This document shows positions 55,199-64,000 of a stretch of DNA of 64,000 nucleotides, piece by piece. Numbering within the stretch: the first letter of the stretch is position 1; each line of letters opens with the position of its first letter. The stretch spans positions 31,777 to 95,776 of the forward strand of contig CAYHFQ010000003.1 in NCBI GenBank assembly GCA_964355955.1, in the 5' to 3' direction. The DNA is from an uncultured Gammaproteobacteria bacterium (lineage in GTDB: Bacteria > Patescibacteriota > Patescibacteriia > UBA9934). The notes under the pieces are model-generated. The model was given only the letters and a program-made list of their open reading frames with translations, was not told where the DNA came from and searched no databases. The position numbers were made by a program, and so were the translations under genes.

Positions 55199-57892
55199 CT
55201 AGAGAAACTTGGCGAATTGGTGTCGGTAGAAGAATTTACGGATTTCTTCGACTACGATGATGGAAGCGGCGACGAGCAAGACGAGAGCCCAGTCGGCTAG
55301 CGAGAGTGGCGTAGTATGTAAGATATTTTGTAGGAATGGCAGGTAGAGAGCGGCCAATTGGAGCAGGATGACAATCACCGTGGCGCCGACCAAGAACTTA
55401 TTGGAGAAGGGATTAAGCTGAAAAATTGACTTACTGGCGGAGCGACAATTCCAGGCATTAAACCATTGGAAGGCGGCGAGTGTAGTGAGGGAGATAGTCC
55501 AGGCTCTAGTCATGTCAAACGCAATTGCGTCATGGTAAAGATAGAGCGTGCCGATGGTCATGGTGAGGGCCATAAGGAACATGCGCTGAGCCATAAGGCC
55601 GTCCACAATCCATTTTTTTGGCTTAGTGAACTTCCCTTTCATGAGCCCCTTTTCTTTGGGCTCCATGGCGAGGGCGACGTCGAGGAAGCAGTCCGTGACA
55701 AAGTTGAGCCAAATAATTTGGACAGCAATCAAGGGTAAAGGAAAGCCCAAGAGCAGCGCGCCAATGATGACCATGACTTCCCCGGTGTTGGTTGAGAACA
55801 GGTAGAGAATAACCTTTTTGATGGTTTGGTAAATCCCCCGGCCTTCTTCCACGGCGGACACGATACTGGCGAAATTGTCGTCGAGGAGCACGATGTCTGA
55901 TGCTTCTTTGGCTACTTCAGTGCCAATCTTGCCCATGGCAACCCCAATGTCCGCGGCTACCAGTGAAGGTGCGTCATTGACCCCGTCACCGGTCATGGCA
56001 ATAACCTCGCCGCGTGCCCGGTAGGCCTCGACAATCCGTAGCTTGTGAGCTGGCGTGACGCGGGCAAAAACAGTGGCGTGGGCGATTTGTTCAGCGAAAT
56101 CAGCGTCTGTTAGGCGATCAATCTCTTCCCCGGTAATAGTTAAGTCACCCGGCCGCCAAATGTCAGCTTGGGCAGCAATGGCTTGGGCGGTGAGACGATG
56201 GTCGCCAGTAATCATGACTACGCGCATGTTGGCGGCTCGGACGTGCTCTACAGCGGCTTTGACTTCTGGGCGGAGGGCGTCGTTCATGCCAAAAAAACCA
56301 ACAAACGTGAGGGGCGGCAGAGCGTCGACGTTGATGGTCTGACCAGCAGCCGAATTCATAGCGAAAGCAATCACCCGGAAGCCCTGGGCCGCGAGCTGCT
56401 TGATTTCTTCCTCCAGAGCCTGACGCTTGGCCTTGGTGAGTGTCGTCTCCCCGTCTTGTTGCCAAACATTAGCGCAGAGCTCGAGCACGTTTTCTGGTGC
56501 GCCGGCCACAGTCAAATAGTTCTGCTGATCCACATACCTAATAATGGCATGGTATTTGCGCTGTGAGTCAAAGGGTAGATCGAAGATTTTTGGGGCCGTC
56601 TGTTCTAGTGTGTCTTGCGGTAAACCCAGCTTTTCAGCCAAGACAAGCATGGCGGCCTCGGTTGGGTCGCCAGAAATTTGCCAGGATTTGGTGGCTGGGA
56701 CGAAGAAAAGTCGGGCATTGGCGCAGAGTAAGGCGATTTTGCCGCTCAGCATTAATCCAGGATGATGCAACGGGCTGACCGCCTGGCCGTTCAAACTAAC
56801 CTGGCCTTGAGGCTCGTAGCCGTTCCCCGCCGGCGAGAAACTCTGGCCGTCGACATAAACACGCTGGAGGAGCATTTCATTTCTGGTGAGCGTGCCGGTT
56901 TTGTCGACAGCGATGATTTCTGTTTGCCCTAGGGCCTCGACAGCTGGTAAACGTTTGACCAAAACATGACGCTTGGACATGCGCAAAACGCCAGTTGCTA
57001 AAACTAAAGTTAGCACAACGGGTAAGCCTTCCGGAATAATTGAGACCGACAGGGAAACAACCGCGATGAGTAATTCCTTGAGAGGCTCACCGGAGAGCAA
57101 ACCAATGATGACAAGCAATAAACTGACGACGGCAACAATAACGATGATGACTTTTGAAAGGTAACGAATGTTGGTTTTTAAGGGAATTTCCGTATTGACG
57201 GCAGCGATAGCTTGAGCAATTTTGCCAATTTCTGTAGCTAAACCAGTCGCAACAACAACGGCGGTGCCGGTGCCACTTAATACGTAGGTGCCCTTGAAGA
57301 CCATGTTTGATTGGTCAGCGACCGGTAGATTGAGGCCTGTCAGTTCGGTGTCGACCTTCAGCACTGATTCTGACTCACCAGTTAAACTGGCCTCGTCAAG
57401 ACGGAGGGTGTTGGCGAAGATCAGGCGAGCATCGGCTGGGACTTTCGAGCCCTCCTGCAAAATAATAATGTCGCCAGGGACAACGTCGACATCTAAAATT
57501 ATTAGCTCTTGGCCAGCCCGCAAAACCACGGCCGAAGTTTCCGTGAGCTTCTTGATGGCGAGCAGGGAGTTTTGCGCTTTGCCCTCCTGAATGGTGCCAA
57601 TGATGGCGTTGAATAAGAGAACGGCGAAGATAATGGAAGCGTCGACAACTTCACCAATAGCTAAAATAACAGCGGCGGCGGCTAAAAGTAAATAAATTAG
57701 AGGGCTTTGAAATTGCCTGAGGAAAATCAACCATAAACTATCCACCTTCCCGGCTGGCAAATAGTTTGGCCCGTATTTCTTGATCCGTTTAGCGACTTCA
57801 TTTTGAGTTAAGCCGTGTTCGTTGGTAGTGAAGGCAGTCAGAACAGCAGGAACAGTTTTAGTGGACCAGGAAATGTTCTGTTTGGTTGTCAT
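55199..57892 (-). CDS. Cation-transporting P-type ATPase (type II, Ca2+-like)
   Basis: TGES, IPEGL, DKTGTLT, MITGD, TGDGVNDAP. Confidence 0.95.
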   Translation of the reverse strand: MTTKQNISWSTKTVPAVLTAFTTNEHGLTQNEVAKRIKKYGPNYLPAGKVDSLWLIFLRQFQSPLIYLLLAAAAVILAIGEVVDASIIFAVLLFNAIIGTIQEGKAQNSLLAIKKLTETSAVVLRAGQELIILDVDVVPGDIIILQEGSKVPADARLIFANTLRLDEASLTGESESVLKVDTELTGLNLPVADQSNMVFKGTYVLSGTGTAVVVATGLATEIGKIAQAIAAVNTEIPLKTNIRYLSKVIIVIVAVVSLLLVIIGLLSGEPLKELLIAVVSLSVSIIPEGLPVVLTLVLATGVLRMSKRHVLVKRLPAVEALGQTEIIAVDKTGTLTRNEMLLQRVYVDGQSFSPAGNGYEPQGQVSLNGQAVSPLHHPGLMLSGKIALLCANARLFFVPATKSWQISGDPTEAAMLVLAEKLGLPQDTLEQTAPKIFDLPFDSQRKYHAIIRYVDQQNYLTVAGAPENVLELCANVWQQDGETTLTKAKRQALEEEIKQLAAQGFRVIAFAMNSAAGQTINVDALPPLTFVGFFGMNDALRPEVKAAVEHVRAANMRVVMITGDHRLTAQAIAAQADIWRPGDLTITGEEIDRLTDADFAEQIAHATVFARVTPAHKLRIVEAYRARGEVIAMTGDGVNDAPSLVAADIGVAMGKIGTEVAKEASDIVLLDDNFASIVSAVEEGRGIYQTIKKVILYLFSTNTGEVMVIIGALLLGFPLPLIAVQIIWLNFVTDCFLDVALAMEPKEKGLMKGKFTKPKKWIVDGLMAQRMFLMALTMTIGTLYLYHDAIAFDMTRAWTISLTTLAAFQWFNAWNCRSASKSIFQLNPFSNKFLVGATVIVILLQLAALYLPFLQNILHTTPLSLADWALVLLVAASIIVVEEIRKFFYRHQFAKFL

Positions 57893-57895
57893 AGA

Positions 57896-58387
57896 TTAGA
57901 ACCAAGCGTTGGCACCAGCTGTGATGAGGGTGACGAGGCCGCCGGCGACCAAGGTGCCGAGGCCGATGGCGACGAAGGCGGTGCGGAATGGGATTTTGAG
58001 GGCGACGGCGACGAGGGCGGAAGACCAGAGGCCGGCCAGTGGGAGAGGAATGCTGGCGAGCAGGAAGAGGGCGATGGCGCCGTAGCGTTCGTATTGTTTT
58101 TTGAGTTTATGTTCGCCGTGGACGAGAAGTTTGTCGATGGGGGCGACGAGCCTGGGGAGATGCTTAGAGCAGAAGTCGCGTAACGCTTTGAGGCCGAAGA
58201 AAATGGGGAAAAATGGAATCATGGTACCTAAGACGGCCAGGCCATAGGCGTCCATAGGACTGATGTTCCAGGAATGGATGGCGAGCGGAATGGTTAAGCG
58301 GAGCTCGGTCAGCGGGAGGCCGGAGAGCAACATGGTAGCTAGCCAATGTGGCCAGGACTCGAAGAAGTTGATGATGAGCTCAACCAT
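57896..58387 (-). CDS. Small multi-drug export-like membrane protein (COG2426)
   Basis: LPLTELRLTIP and IPLPLAGLW. Confidence 0.85.
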   Translation of the reverse strand: MVELIINFFESWPHWLATMLLSGLPLTELRLTIPLAIHSWNISPMDAYGLAVLGTMIPFFPIFFGLKALRDFCSKHLPRLVAPIDKLLVHGEHKLKKQYERYGAIALFLLASIPLPLAGLWSSALVAVALKIPFRTAFVAIGLGTLVAGGLVTLITAGANAWF

Positions 58388-58395
58388 AGATTATT

Positions 58396-59313
58396 TTATT
58401 CCCAACTAAAGGTTTTGAAGGCCCAGGCGGCGAGGCCTTTGGCGTCTTTGAAACGGGCGGATTTGGACTCGGCGCCAAGGACGACGACGCGGAGAGCATG
58501 ACCATCGTGCTTGATAAGGGTGGCAAAACAGTAGCCGGCCTCCGGAATAAAGCCGGTCTTCCCTGCTACCACCTGATAGTCACCCGTGTTCATGTAGCTC
58601 GTGAGCAGTTCGTCCGTAGCGTCGATGTCGACGGAGTAACCGCTGGCCTGAGTCACGGTGACTTGGCTCTTGGGCATTATAGCAGCCATGGTTGGATTAG
58701 CGGCGGCGGCGGAGAGGATTTTGGTGAGGTCGCGAGCGGTTGAGACGTTGCCTGAGTCGACCCCGCTGACATCGACGTAGTGAGTACTCGTCATGCCGAG
58801 ATCCGTGGCTTTTTTGTTCATGGCAGTAATAAAATCTTCGGGTGAAAGGCCGGAAAAACGGGAGAGGGCTTTGGTGGCTGTGTTGTCGCTGCCGACCAAG
58901 CTGGCGCGCAGAACATCGCGCATAGTAACGGCGTCGTCAAAGCGGAGGTAGACGCGTCCCCCGCCAACGTAGTCGTCGCCGATGACGGTAATACGCGAGT
59001 CTAGCTTGGGATTGCTATCCATGAAAACGAGGATGGTCATGAGTTTGGTGATGCTGCCAATGGCACGGACGTCGTCGGGCTGTTCGGAGTAGAGAATGGC
59101 GCCGCTCGCGTCGTCGATAACAATGGCGCTAGCAGCTGAGGTGACGATGCCGTAGGAGTCGAGATCCGTCTTGGTTGGTGGCGTGATGCGATCGGCAGCT
59201 AACGGCAAAGTGGCGAACCAAGAGGTCGCCGAGTTGAGGGTGGTGCCGGAGCTAGGAAAAAGGTTGACCAGGCTGACGGCAAGCAGGAGTTGAGCGATGA
59301 CGTTGGGGATCAT
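58396..59313 (-). CDS. D-alanyl-D-alanine carboxypeptidase/endopeptidase (peptidase S11)
   Basis: SITK, SDN, KTG. Confidence 0.92.
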   Translation of the reverse strand: MIPNVIAQLLLAVSLVNLFPSSGTTLNSATSWFATLPLAADRITPPTKTDLDSYGIVTSAASAIVIDDASGAILYSEQPDDVRAIGSITKLMTILVFMDSNPKLDSRITVIGDDYVGGGRVYLRFDDAVTMRDVLRASLVGSDNTATKALSRFSGLSPEDFITAMNKKATDLGMTSTHYVDVSGVDSGNVSTARDLTKILSAAAANPTMAAIMPKSQVTVTQASGYSVDIDATDELLTSYMNTGDYQVVAGKTGFIPEAGYCFATLIKHDGHALRVVVLGAESKSARFKDAKGLAAWAFKTFSWE

Positions 59314-59388
59314 AGGTATTTCAGAAAGTAGATTGTAGTTGGTAGATAGTAGACCACTCCCAGTATTAATTATTCTACCGTCTACATT

Positions 59389-59949
59389 CTACAGTCTACT
59401 ATCCGTCAGGTTACTCAACAACGCATCAATCTTCGCATTGACGTGGAGAGTGCTGTAGTCGGGCAGTTCCGAGACTTCGTGGACGCCGAAGAAGCGGAGA
59501 GCGTCCGTGGATAGGCGATAAGTGGGCTGCATTTTGACGACGTCGTCACGCTCGTCGACCAGGCCACGGAGCTGGAGGTTACGAAGAATTAACGAGCAAT
59601 TGACGCCGCGGATGGCTTCGATTTCTGGCTTGGTGAGGGGGCCACGGTAAGCGATGATAGTGAGAGTTTCCAGTGATGGACGAGTGAGTTCCGTGTCGAG
59701 CTCCACGTTGGTAGCTTTGGCGACCAACTCGGCGTGCTCGGGGTTGGTAACGAGCTGCACGAGATCATCGTCGAGGAGAAGATGGATGCCAGAAGATAAC
59801 GAGTTACGGGCGGCGGCCAGAGCAGTAATAGCAGAGTTGACTTCGGCCTCGGCCACGCCTACGAGTTTAGCAAGTTGCTTGCGCGAAATTGGCTTCGTGA
59901 GGACGAAGAGGAGGGATTCAAGTTGGCTGCGGAGTAATTCGTTGTCCAT
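59389..59949 (-). CDS. scpB: SMC-Scp subunit ScpB
   Basis: LESLLF, LETLTIIAYRGP.TK.EIEAIRGVN. Confidence 0.95.
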   Translation of the reverse strand: MDNELLRSQLESLLFVLTKPISRKQLAKLVGVAEAEVNSAITALAAARNSLSSGIHLLLDDDLVQLVTNPEHAELVAKATNVELDTELTRPSLETLTIIAYRGPLTKPEIEAIRGVNCSLILRNLQLRGLVDERDDVVKMQPTYRLSTDALRFFGVHEVSELPDYSTLHVNAKIDALLSNLTDSRL

Positions 59950-59950
59950 A

Positions 59951-60667
59951 TTAATCGATGCGGTGAATCATGATGTCGCCCCAGGTACTATTCTGAGTTG
60001 TACGGATGATGTTGCGGCGGAGGAGTTCGAGGAGAGCCAGAAAGCTCATGACGACGTCGATCTTCTTTTGGGCGCCGGCTGTAACTTGATTGAAGCTGAG
60101 GCTGGCGTTTAAGGAAATGGCTTCGCGAAGTTCGTCGATCCGTTCCTCAACTGACTTTACTCGCTCCAACGAGACTGCCGTGAGGGCGAAGAAGGGCTCG
60201 AGGCGTTTTTGGATGTCGCGGTAGGCGTCGGCGAGAGCGGAAGCTGTCGGTGGCCTCCCGCCGAAGTTCAAGCCCCCTCTAGCTCCCCCATAACTGGGGG
60301 AGGACTTTACATACGGCCGGGGGAAGAGGAGGTGCTGACCGTAACGTTCCTCGAGGCGTTCGGCAGCGTCCACGAATTCGCGGTAAATGCGGAGTTGCTC
60401 GGCCAGGACGTCTGAGGCGAGGTCTTCGTCGACCAGGCGCAGGAACGGGAGTAGTTCGCGGCTTTTGAGGTAAATGAGGCGGGAGGCGACGAGGAGGAAG
60501 TCGGCCAGGCCGTCGGCGGGGACGTGAGTTTCTTGTAAGTACAGCAAAAAATCGTCAGCAACTTTGGCTAACGAAATTTTGGCTATCTCGAGGTCCTTCT
60601 TTTCTATGAGCTCGAGGAGGAGCTCCAGAGGACCCGAGAATTCCTCGTTTTTGACGGCGAAATCCAT
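59951..60667 (-). CDS. scpA: SMC-Scp subunit ScpA
   Basis: FSGPLELLLELI, KSRELLP, FLALLEL. Confidence 0.95.
   Translation of the reverse strand: MDFAVKNEEFSGPLELLLELIEKKDLEIAKISLAKVADDFLLYLQETHVPADGLADFLLVASRLIYLKSRELLPFLRLVDEDLASDVLAEQLRIYREFVDAAERLEERYGQHLLFPRPYVKSSPSYGGARGGLNFGGRPPTASALADAYRDIQKRLEPFFALTAVSLERVKSVEERIDELREAISLNASLSFNQVTAGAQKKIDVVMSFLALLELLRRNIIRTTQNSTWGDIMIHRID
60272..60305. repeat. Repeat family C, in-frame copy in scpA
   Basis: Encodes SSPSYGGARGG. Confidence 0.9.
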
Positions 60668-60696
60668 GACCTGATTGTAACACGAACTGCTAAAAC

Positions 60697-60742
60697 TGGG
60701 GATAAGTGGTCTACCTCAAAGATATACCTTTGAGGTAGACCA
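60697..60742. repeat. Palindromic repeat family A, copy 3
   Basis: tggggataagtggtctacctcaaa-gatatacc-tttgaggtagacca. Confidence 0.85.
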
Positions 60743-60747
60743 AATTT

Positions 60748-62058
60748 TTACGGTCTCAGTCGCTGTACATCTCGAGGAAAAACTGTTGCTTCCTTGACGT
60801 TCGCGAGGCTCAAGATGTTTTGGGTGAGGCGCTGCAAACCAATAGCGAAGCCGCCTTCTGGTGGGATGCCGAATTTGTGCATGGTCAAGTAGTCCTCGAA
60901 ATCGGCCGGGTTCAAGCCCTTCTCGACAATGCGGGCCAGCTGTTCGTCGTAGCGGTTAATACGCATGCCGCCGGAGGTAATTTCACTCCCCCAACCGATG
61001 ACGTCGAAAGTGAGGGTGTTGTTCGGGTCGGTCGGATCCACCTTGGCGTAGAACGGGCGTTTGCCTGGCGTCCAGTCGGTGACGAAGACAAAGCCGCAGT
61101 TGTGGTGCTTAGGGGCCCATTCTTTGGAGAGCCACTTCTCGGCCGCTGGTGAGAGGTCTGGCTCCCCTGTTTCGTCGACGCCGGCTTCGTCGCGGTAGGC
61201 AGCCAAAGCGTCGGCTAGTTTGATGCGAGGGAAACGTTCGCCGAGTGGTGGGAGGACGGTTTCGAGAAGTGTAAGTTCCACAGCGCAATCACGCTCCACG
61301 GTGGCAACCATCTGGCGAATGGCAGCTTCTTCGATGTCCATGAGTTCCTCGATATTGTCGATAAACCCAGCTTCAAACTCGAGCTGGTTGAACTCGGTCA
61401 AGTGACGTGAGGTGGCGAATTTTTCGGCGCGGAAGGAGTAGCTGAGGCCATAAACACCTTCGTAAACGCCCATCGTGATTTGCTTATACAACTGGGCGGA
61501 TTGAGTGAGTGTGGCTTCGCGGCCGTAATAGTCCACCTTGAAGAACTCGGCACCGCCTTCGGAGGCAGCACCGGCCAGGACAGGAAAGAAAATTTCCGTG
61601 TAGCCTTGTGCTTCCATGAAGGCGCGATAGCCGTGGACCAAGGCGGCCTGGACGCGGAAGATGGCGCGCTGCTTAGGGTGACGGAGGGTGACCACGCGGT
61701 TATCGAGCAAGGTGTCCAGGTTCACGTCGAGCACGGGCTTGCCGATTTCTACCGGCACGACGTCGACAACAGGTGAGAGTATTTCTAAAGTCTCGACCTG
61801 CATTTCGACTTCTTTAATCAACGGATCCTTCGATTTCTTTTCGACGATGAGACCGGTGACGGATAAGACAGTCTCGACCTGGAGGCCGTGGAGTTGGGTG
61901 AGTTGCTCGGCATTGAGAACGGTTTGGGCGAGGCCGGAACGGTCGCGAATGATGACGAAACCGAACTTGCTCATGTCACGGAGGGTGTTGAGCCAGCCTT
62001 TGATGGTGACGACTTCACCGAGCTTTGAGGGGAGGTCTTTGACGAGGGTGCGAGACAT
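60748..62058 (-). CDS. aspS: Aspartate--tRNA ligase, short archaeal/non-discriminating type
   Basis: SEGGA.FF, QSAQLYKQ, FRAEK..TSRHLTEF, FPRD..RL.P; start MSRTLVK. Confidence 0.88.
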   Translation of the reverse strand: MSRTLVKDLPSKLGEVVTIKGWLNTLRDMSKFGFVIIRDRSGLAQTVLNAEQLTQLHGLQVETVLSVTGLIVEKKSKDPLIKEVEMQVETLEILSPVVDVVPVEIGKPVLDVNLDTLLDNRVVTLRHPKQRAIFRVQAALVHGYRAFMEAQGYTEIFFPVLAGAASEGGAEFFKVDYYGREATLTQSAQLYKQITMGVYEGVYGLSYSFRAEKFATSRHLTEFNQLEFEAGFIDNIEELMDIEEAAIRQMVATVERDCAVELTLLETVLPPLGERFPRIKLADALAAYRDEAGVDETGEPDLSPAAEKWLSKEWAPKHHNCGFVFVTDWTPGKRPFYAKVDPTDPNNTLTFDVIGWGSEITSGGMRINRYDEQLARIVEKGLNPADFEDYLTMHKFGIPPEGGFAIGLQRLTQNILSLANVKEATVFPRDVQRLRP

Positions 62059-62098
62059 AGACGAGAAGTTAGTAGATTGTAGATGGTAGAGAGTAGAT

Positions 62099-63406
62099 TT
62101 ATGGGGTGGAACGGTTAAGCATGCGGGGGAAGGCGATGGTTTCGCGGATGTGGTGGTTGCCAGTGATCCAACGGACGGTGCGCTCGAGGCCAATGCCGAA
62201 GCCGCTGTGCGGAACGGTGCCGTATTTGCGGGTGTTTAAGTACCAATCGTATTCGGCCAGGGGGTAGCCGCGGTCAACAATTTCCTTTTTGAGCGCGTCG
62301 TAGCTTTCTTCACGCTGACTGCCACCGATAATTTCGCGGCCCTCTTCTGGCGCGATGAGATCCGCATTCCTAGCGCGAAGCACGCCAGCTTCGTCGACGT
62401 AACGCTTCATGTAGAAAGCTTTGACGGCGGCTGGATAATCCTCGATGAAAATTGGTAGTTGATATTTATTGCCGAGGTAGATTTCTTCTTCGGTGCCCAT
62501 GTCGTCTAACGGATCCACGTCCGCAATACCGTCCGCGATGAGAATAGCCTTAGCTTCGGCGTGCTTGAGGTGGACGAATGGTTCGTCGACCAGTTTTTGC
62601 AGGAGGGTGGTGTCGCGCTCGAGGATCTTCAACTCGGGGGCGCAATATTTGAGGACGTCGCCGACGATGCGCTTGACCATGCGTTCCTGAATGGCCATGT
62701 TGTCGGCTTGGTCGTGGAAGGCCATTTCGGCGTCCATCATCCAGAGCTCCGAGAGGTGGTGGCGCGTCTTGCTCTTTTCCGCGCGGAAGACTGGGCCGAA
62801 GTCGTAAACTTTGCCGAAGCTCATAATGCCCGCTTCGCTATAAAGCTGGCCGGATTGTGAGAGATACATGGGGTTACCGTAGTAGTCGACGCTGAAAAGC
62901 TGAGTGGTGTCTTCACAGCTAGTTGGCTGCAAGATTGGGGTGTCAAAGCGGATGAAACCGGCTTCGTGGAAGAATTGCTCGATGCTGTAGAAGACCTGGT
63001 CACGAATTCTTAAAGTCGCCCAAGGCGTGGCGCTGCGGAGGTAGAGATCGCGGTTGTCAAAAAGGAAGTCTGGGCCGTGTTCCTTGTTGGCGATTGGATA
63101 ATCTTCTGGGGCGAGAGCGATGACGTTGAATGCTGTGCCTTGGATTTCAAAGCCGCTTGGCGCACGAGGCTCGGCTTTGACGATACCGGTGATGGTGACG
63201 GAAGACTCGAGGGTCAGTGATTTGAGCGCCTCCCACTGCTCGGCTGGCAAATCCCCTGCCGAGTAGACCACCTGCACGCGGCCGCTGCCGTCACGGAATT
63301 GTAAGAAGAAGATTTTGCCGCTGCTGCGGAAATTGTAGGCCCAGCCTTGGAGAGTAATTGTTTCGCCGACGAGGGATGAGAGTTGGGAGATATTGCTAGA
63401 TGTCAT
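62099..63406 (-). CDS. asnS: Asparagine--tRNA ligase
   Basis: YLSQSGQLY.E, FRAEKSKTRHHLSELWM, GGSQRE, YGTVPHSGFG.GLER. Confidence 0.95.
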   Translation of the reverse strand: MTSSNISQLSSLVGETITLQGWAYNFRSSGKIFFLQFRDGSGRVQVVYSAGDLPAEQWEALKSLTLESSVTITGIVKAEPRAPSGFEIQGTAFNVIALAPEDYPIANKEHGPDFLFDNRDLYLRSATPWATLRIRDQVFYSIEQFFHEAGFIRFDTPILQPTSCEDTTQLFSVDYYGNPMYLSQSGQLYSEAGIMSFGKVYDFGPVFRAEKSKTRHHLSELWMMDAEMAFHDQADNMAIQERMVKRIVGDVLKYCAPELKILERDTTLLQKLVDEPFVHLKHAEAKAILIADGIADVDPLDDMGTEEEIYLGNKYQLPIFIEDYPAAVKAFYMKRYVDEAGVLRARNADLIAPEEGREIIGGSQREESYDALKKEIVDRGYPLAEYDWYLNTRKYGTVPHSGFGIGLERTVRWITGNHHIRETIAFPRMLNRSTP

Positions 63407-63407
63407 A

Positions 63408-64000
63408 TTATTTTAGTTTCTTTATCGTTTTCTTTTTAGGTAGAAAGTTTTCGCCGGTGATGACACTTTTGCCTGTCTTATTCTCCAGTTCTTTGCGTGC
63501 GTTCTTAGCGACTTGGCCACCTTTTTTGGCCGGTATTTTATTCTCTGTTAAACCTTTAGCCTCCATGCTTTCGGCGATTTGTCGCGTCGACATTTCGGCG
63601 AGGGCGGTGAGAATGAGCTCAGCTTCATTCATGTGATCACGAAGATTGTTGGCTGGCCCGAGACTCTTCAACTTCTTATGATCTTTGATGTTCAAGTCGG
63701 CCCACTGCTGATGAATAATATTGGTGAGAATGGCGTACTCGTCGCCTTTTTTGACGCCGTTCTCCTGCCAATAATCAGTCAGTTTATTGCGCGTCTCCTG
63801 CCCCATCATGCGTTGCTGAATCCATTTTTCGCTGCGACCGTACTTCTTCCATAACTCGCGAGCTCGATCGATGCCTTGCGATGGATCCTGGATCTCGGCG
63901 ATGCGCTCGGTGCCGACTTTGGCGAGCCAGAGTTTTAGAGGTTCGGCTTTTGGTGAGGGGATGGATTGGATGAGACGCAATAAATCTTGTATTCCAGCTA
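63408..64000 (-). CDS. Bro-N/antirepressor-like protein (3' part; runs off the right edge)
   Basis: RLIQSIPSPKAEPLKLWLA and NLRDHMNEAEL; frame open to base 64000. Confidence 0.85.
   Translation of the reverse strand, partial: AGIQDLLRLIQSIPSPKAEPLKLWLAKVGTERIAEIQDPSQGIDRARELWKKYGRSEKWIQQRMMGQETRNKLTDYWQENGVKKGDEYAILTNIIHQQWADLNIKDHKKLKSLGPANNLRDHMNEAELILTALAEMSTRQIAESMEAKGLTENKIPAKKGGQVAKNARKELENKTGKSVITGENFLPKKKTIKKLK

Noticed and set aside
54818-55202. ORFs across the tRNA cluster
   Set aside because: They overlap clear tRNA-Leu and tRNA-fMet genes.
60748-63406. Tandem class IIb synthetases as a novel duplication
   Set aside because: Explained as AsnRS plus archaeal-type AspRS, a known arrangement.
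63408-64000. Prophage edge
   Set aside because: Lone Bro-N-like genes are common; no other phage genes are adjacent within the window.

Overview
Chromosomal window of a reduced-genome bacterium, genetic code 11. The gene set suggests Patescibacteria/CPR, probably Parcubacteria (inference): archaeal-type AspRS beside AsnRS, pilin-anchored giant surface proteins, CPR-type 'DGKRHAFP' domain, and mostly SD-less starts. Housekeeping genes are pyk, nrdR, ftsZ, ftsA, dgkA, ybeY, hflX, rpsU, hisS, lepB, der, pth, dprA, topA, relA/spoT, parAB, scpAB, aspS, asnS and four tRNAs. Main unexplained structures: (1) a tandem array of seven divergent orphan paralogues (8.6-13.7 kb) between ftsA and ftsZ. They share an N-terminal beta-domain, most carry a CxxCxxxH motif, and each has its own related sigma70 promoter; six have a terminator and most have a Shine-Dalgarno site. 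Three further orphan 'cassettes' with the same layout are dispersed elsewhere, one encoding a stand-alone RNA polymerase alpha-CTD. (2) A 14 kb surface locus with a 3127 aa pilin/Ig/IPT/Cys-rich/vWA protein. (3) Several families of palindromic or structured repeats, one inserted in frame in proteins and one sitting in tRNA leaders. (4) Small unannotated toxin-antitoxin-like modules: Fic + SxxxEG antitoxin, HEPN-like + 57 aa ORF, and DUF3800 + a putative sRNA. All calls were made by eye; no searches were run.
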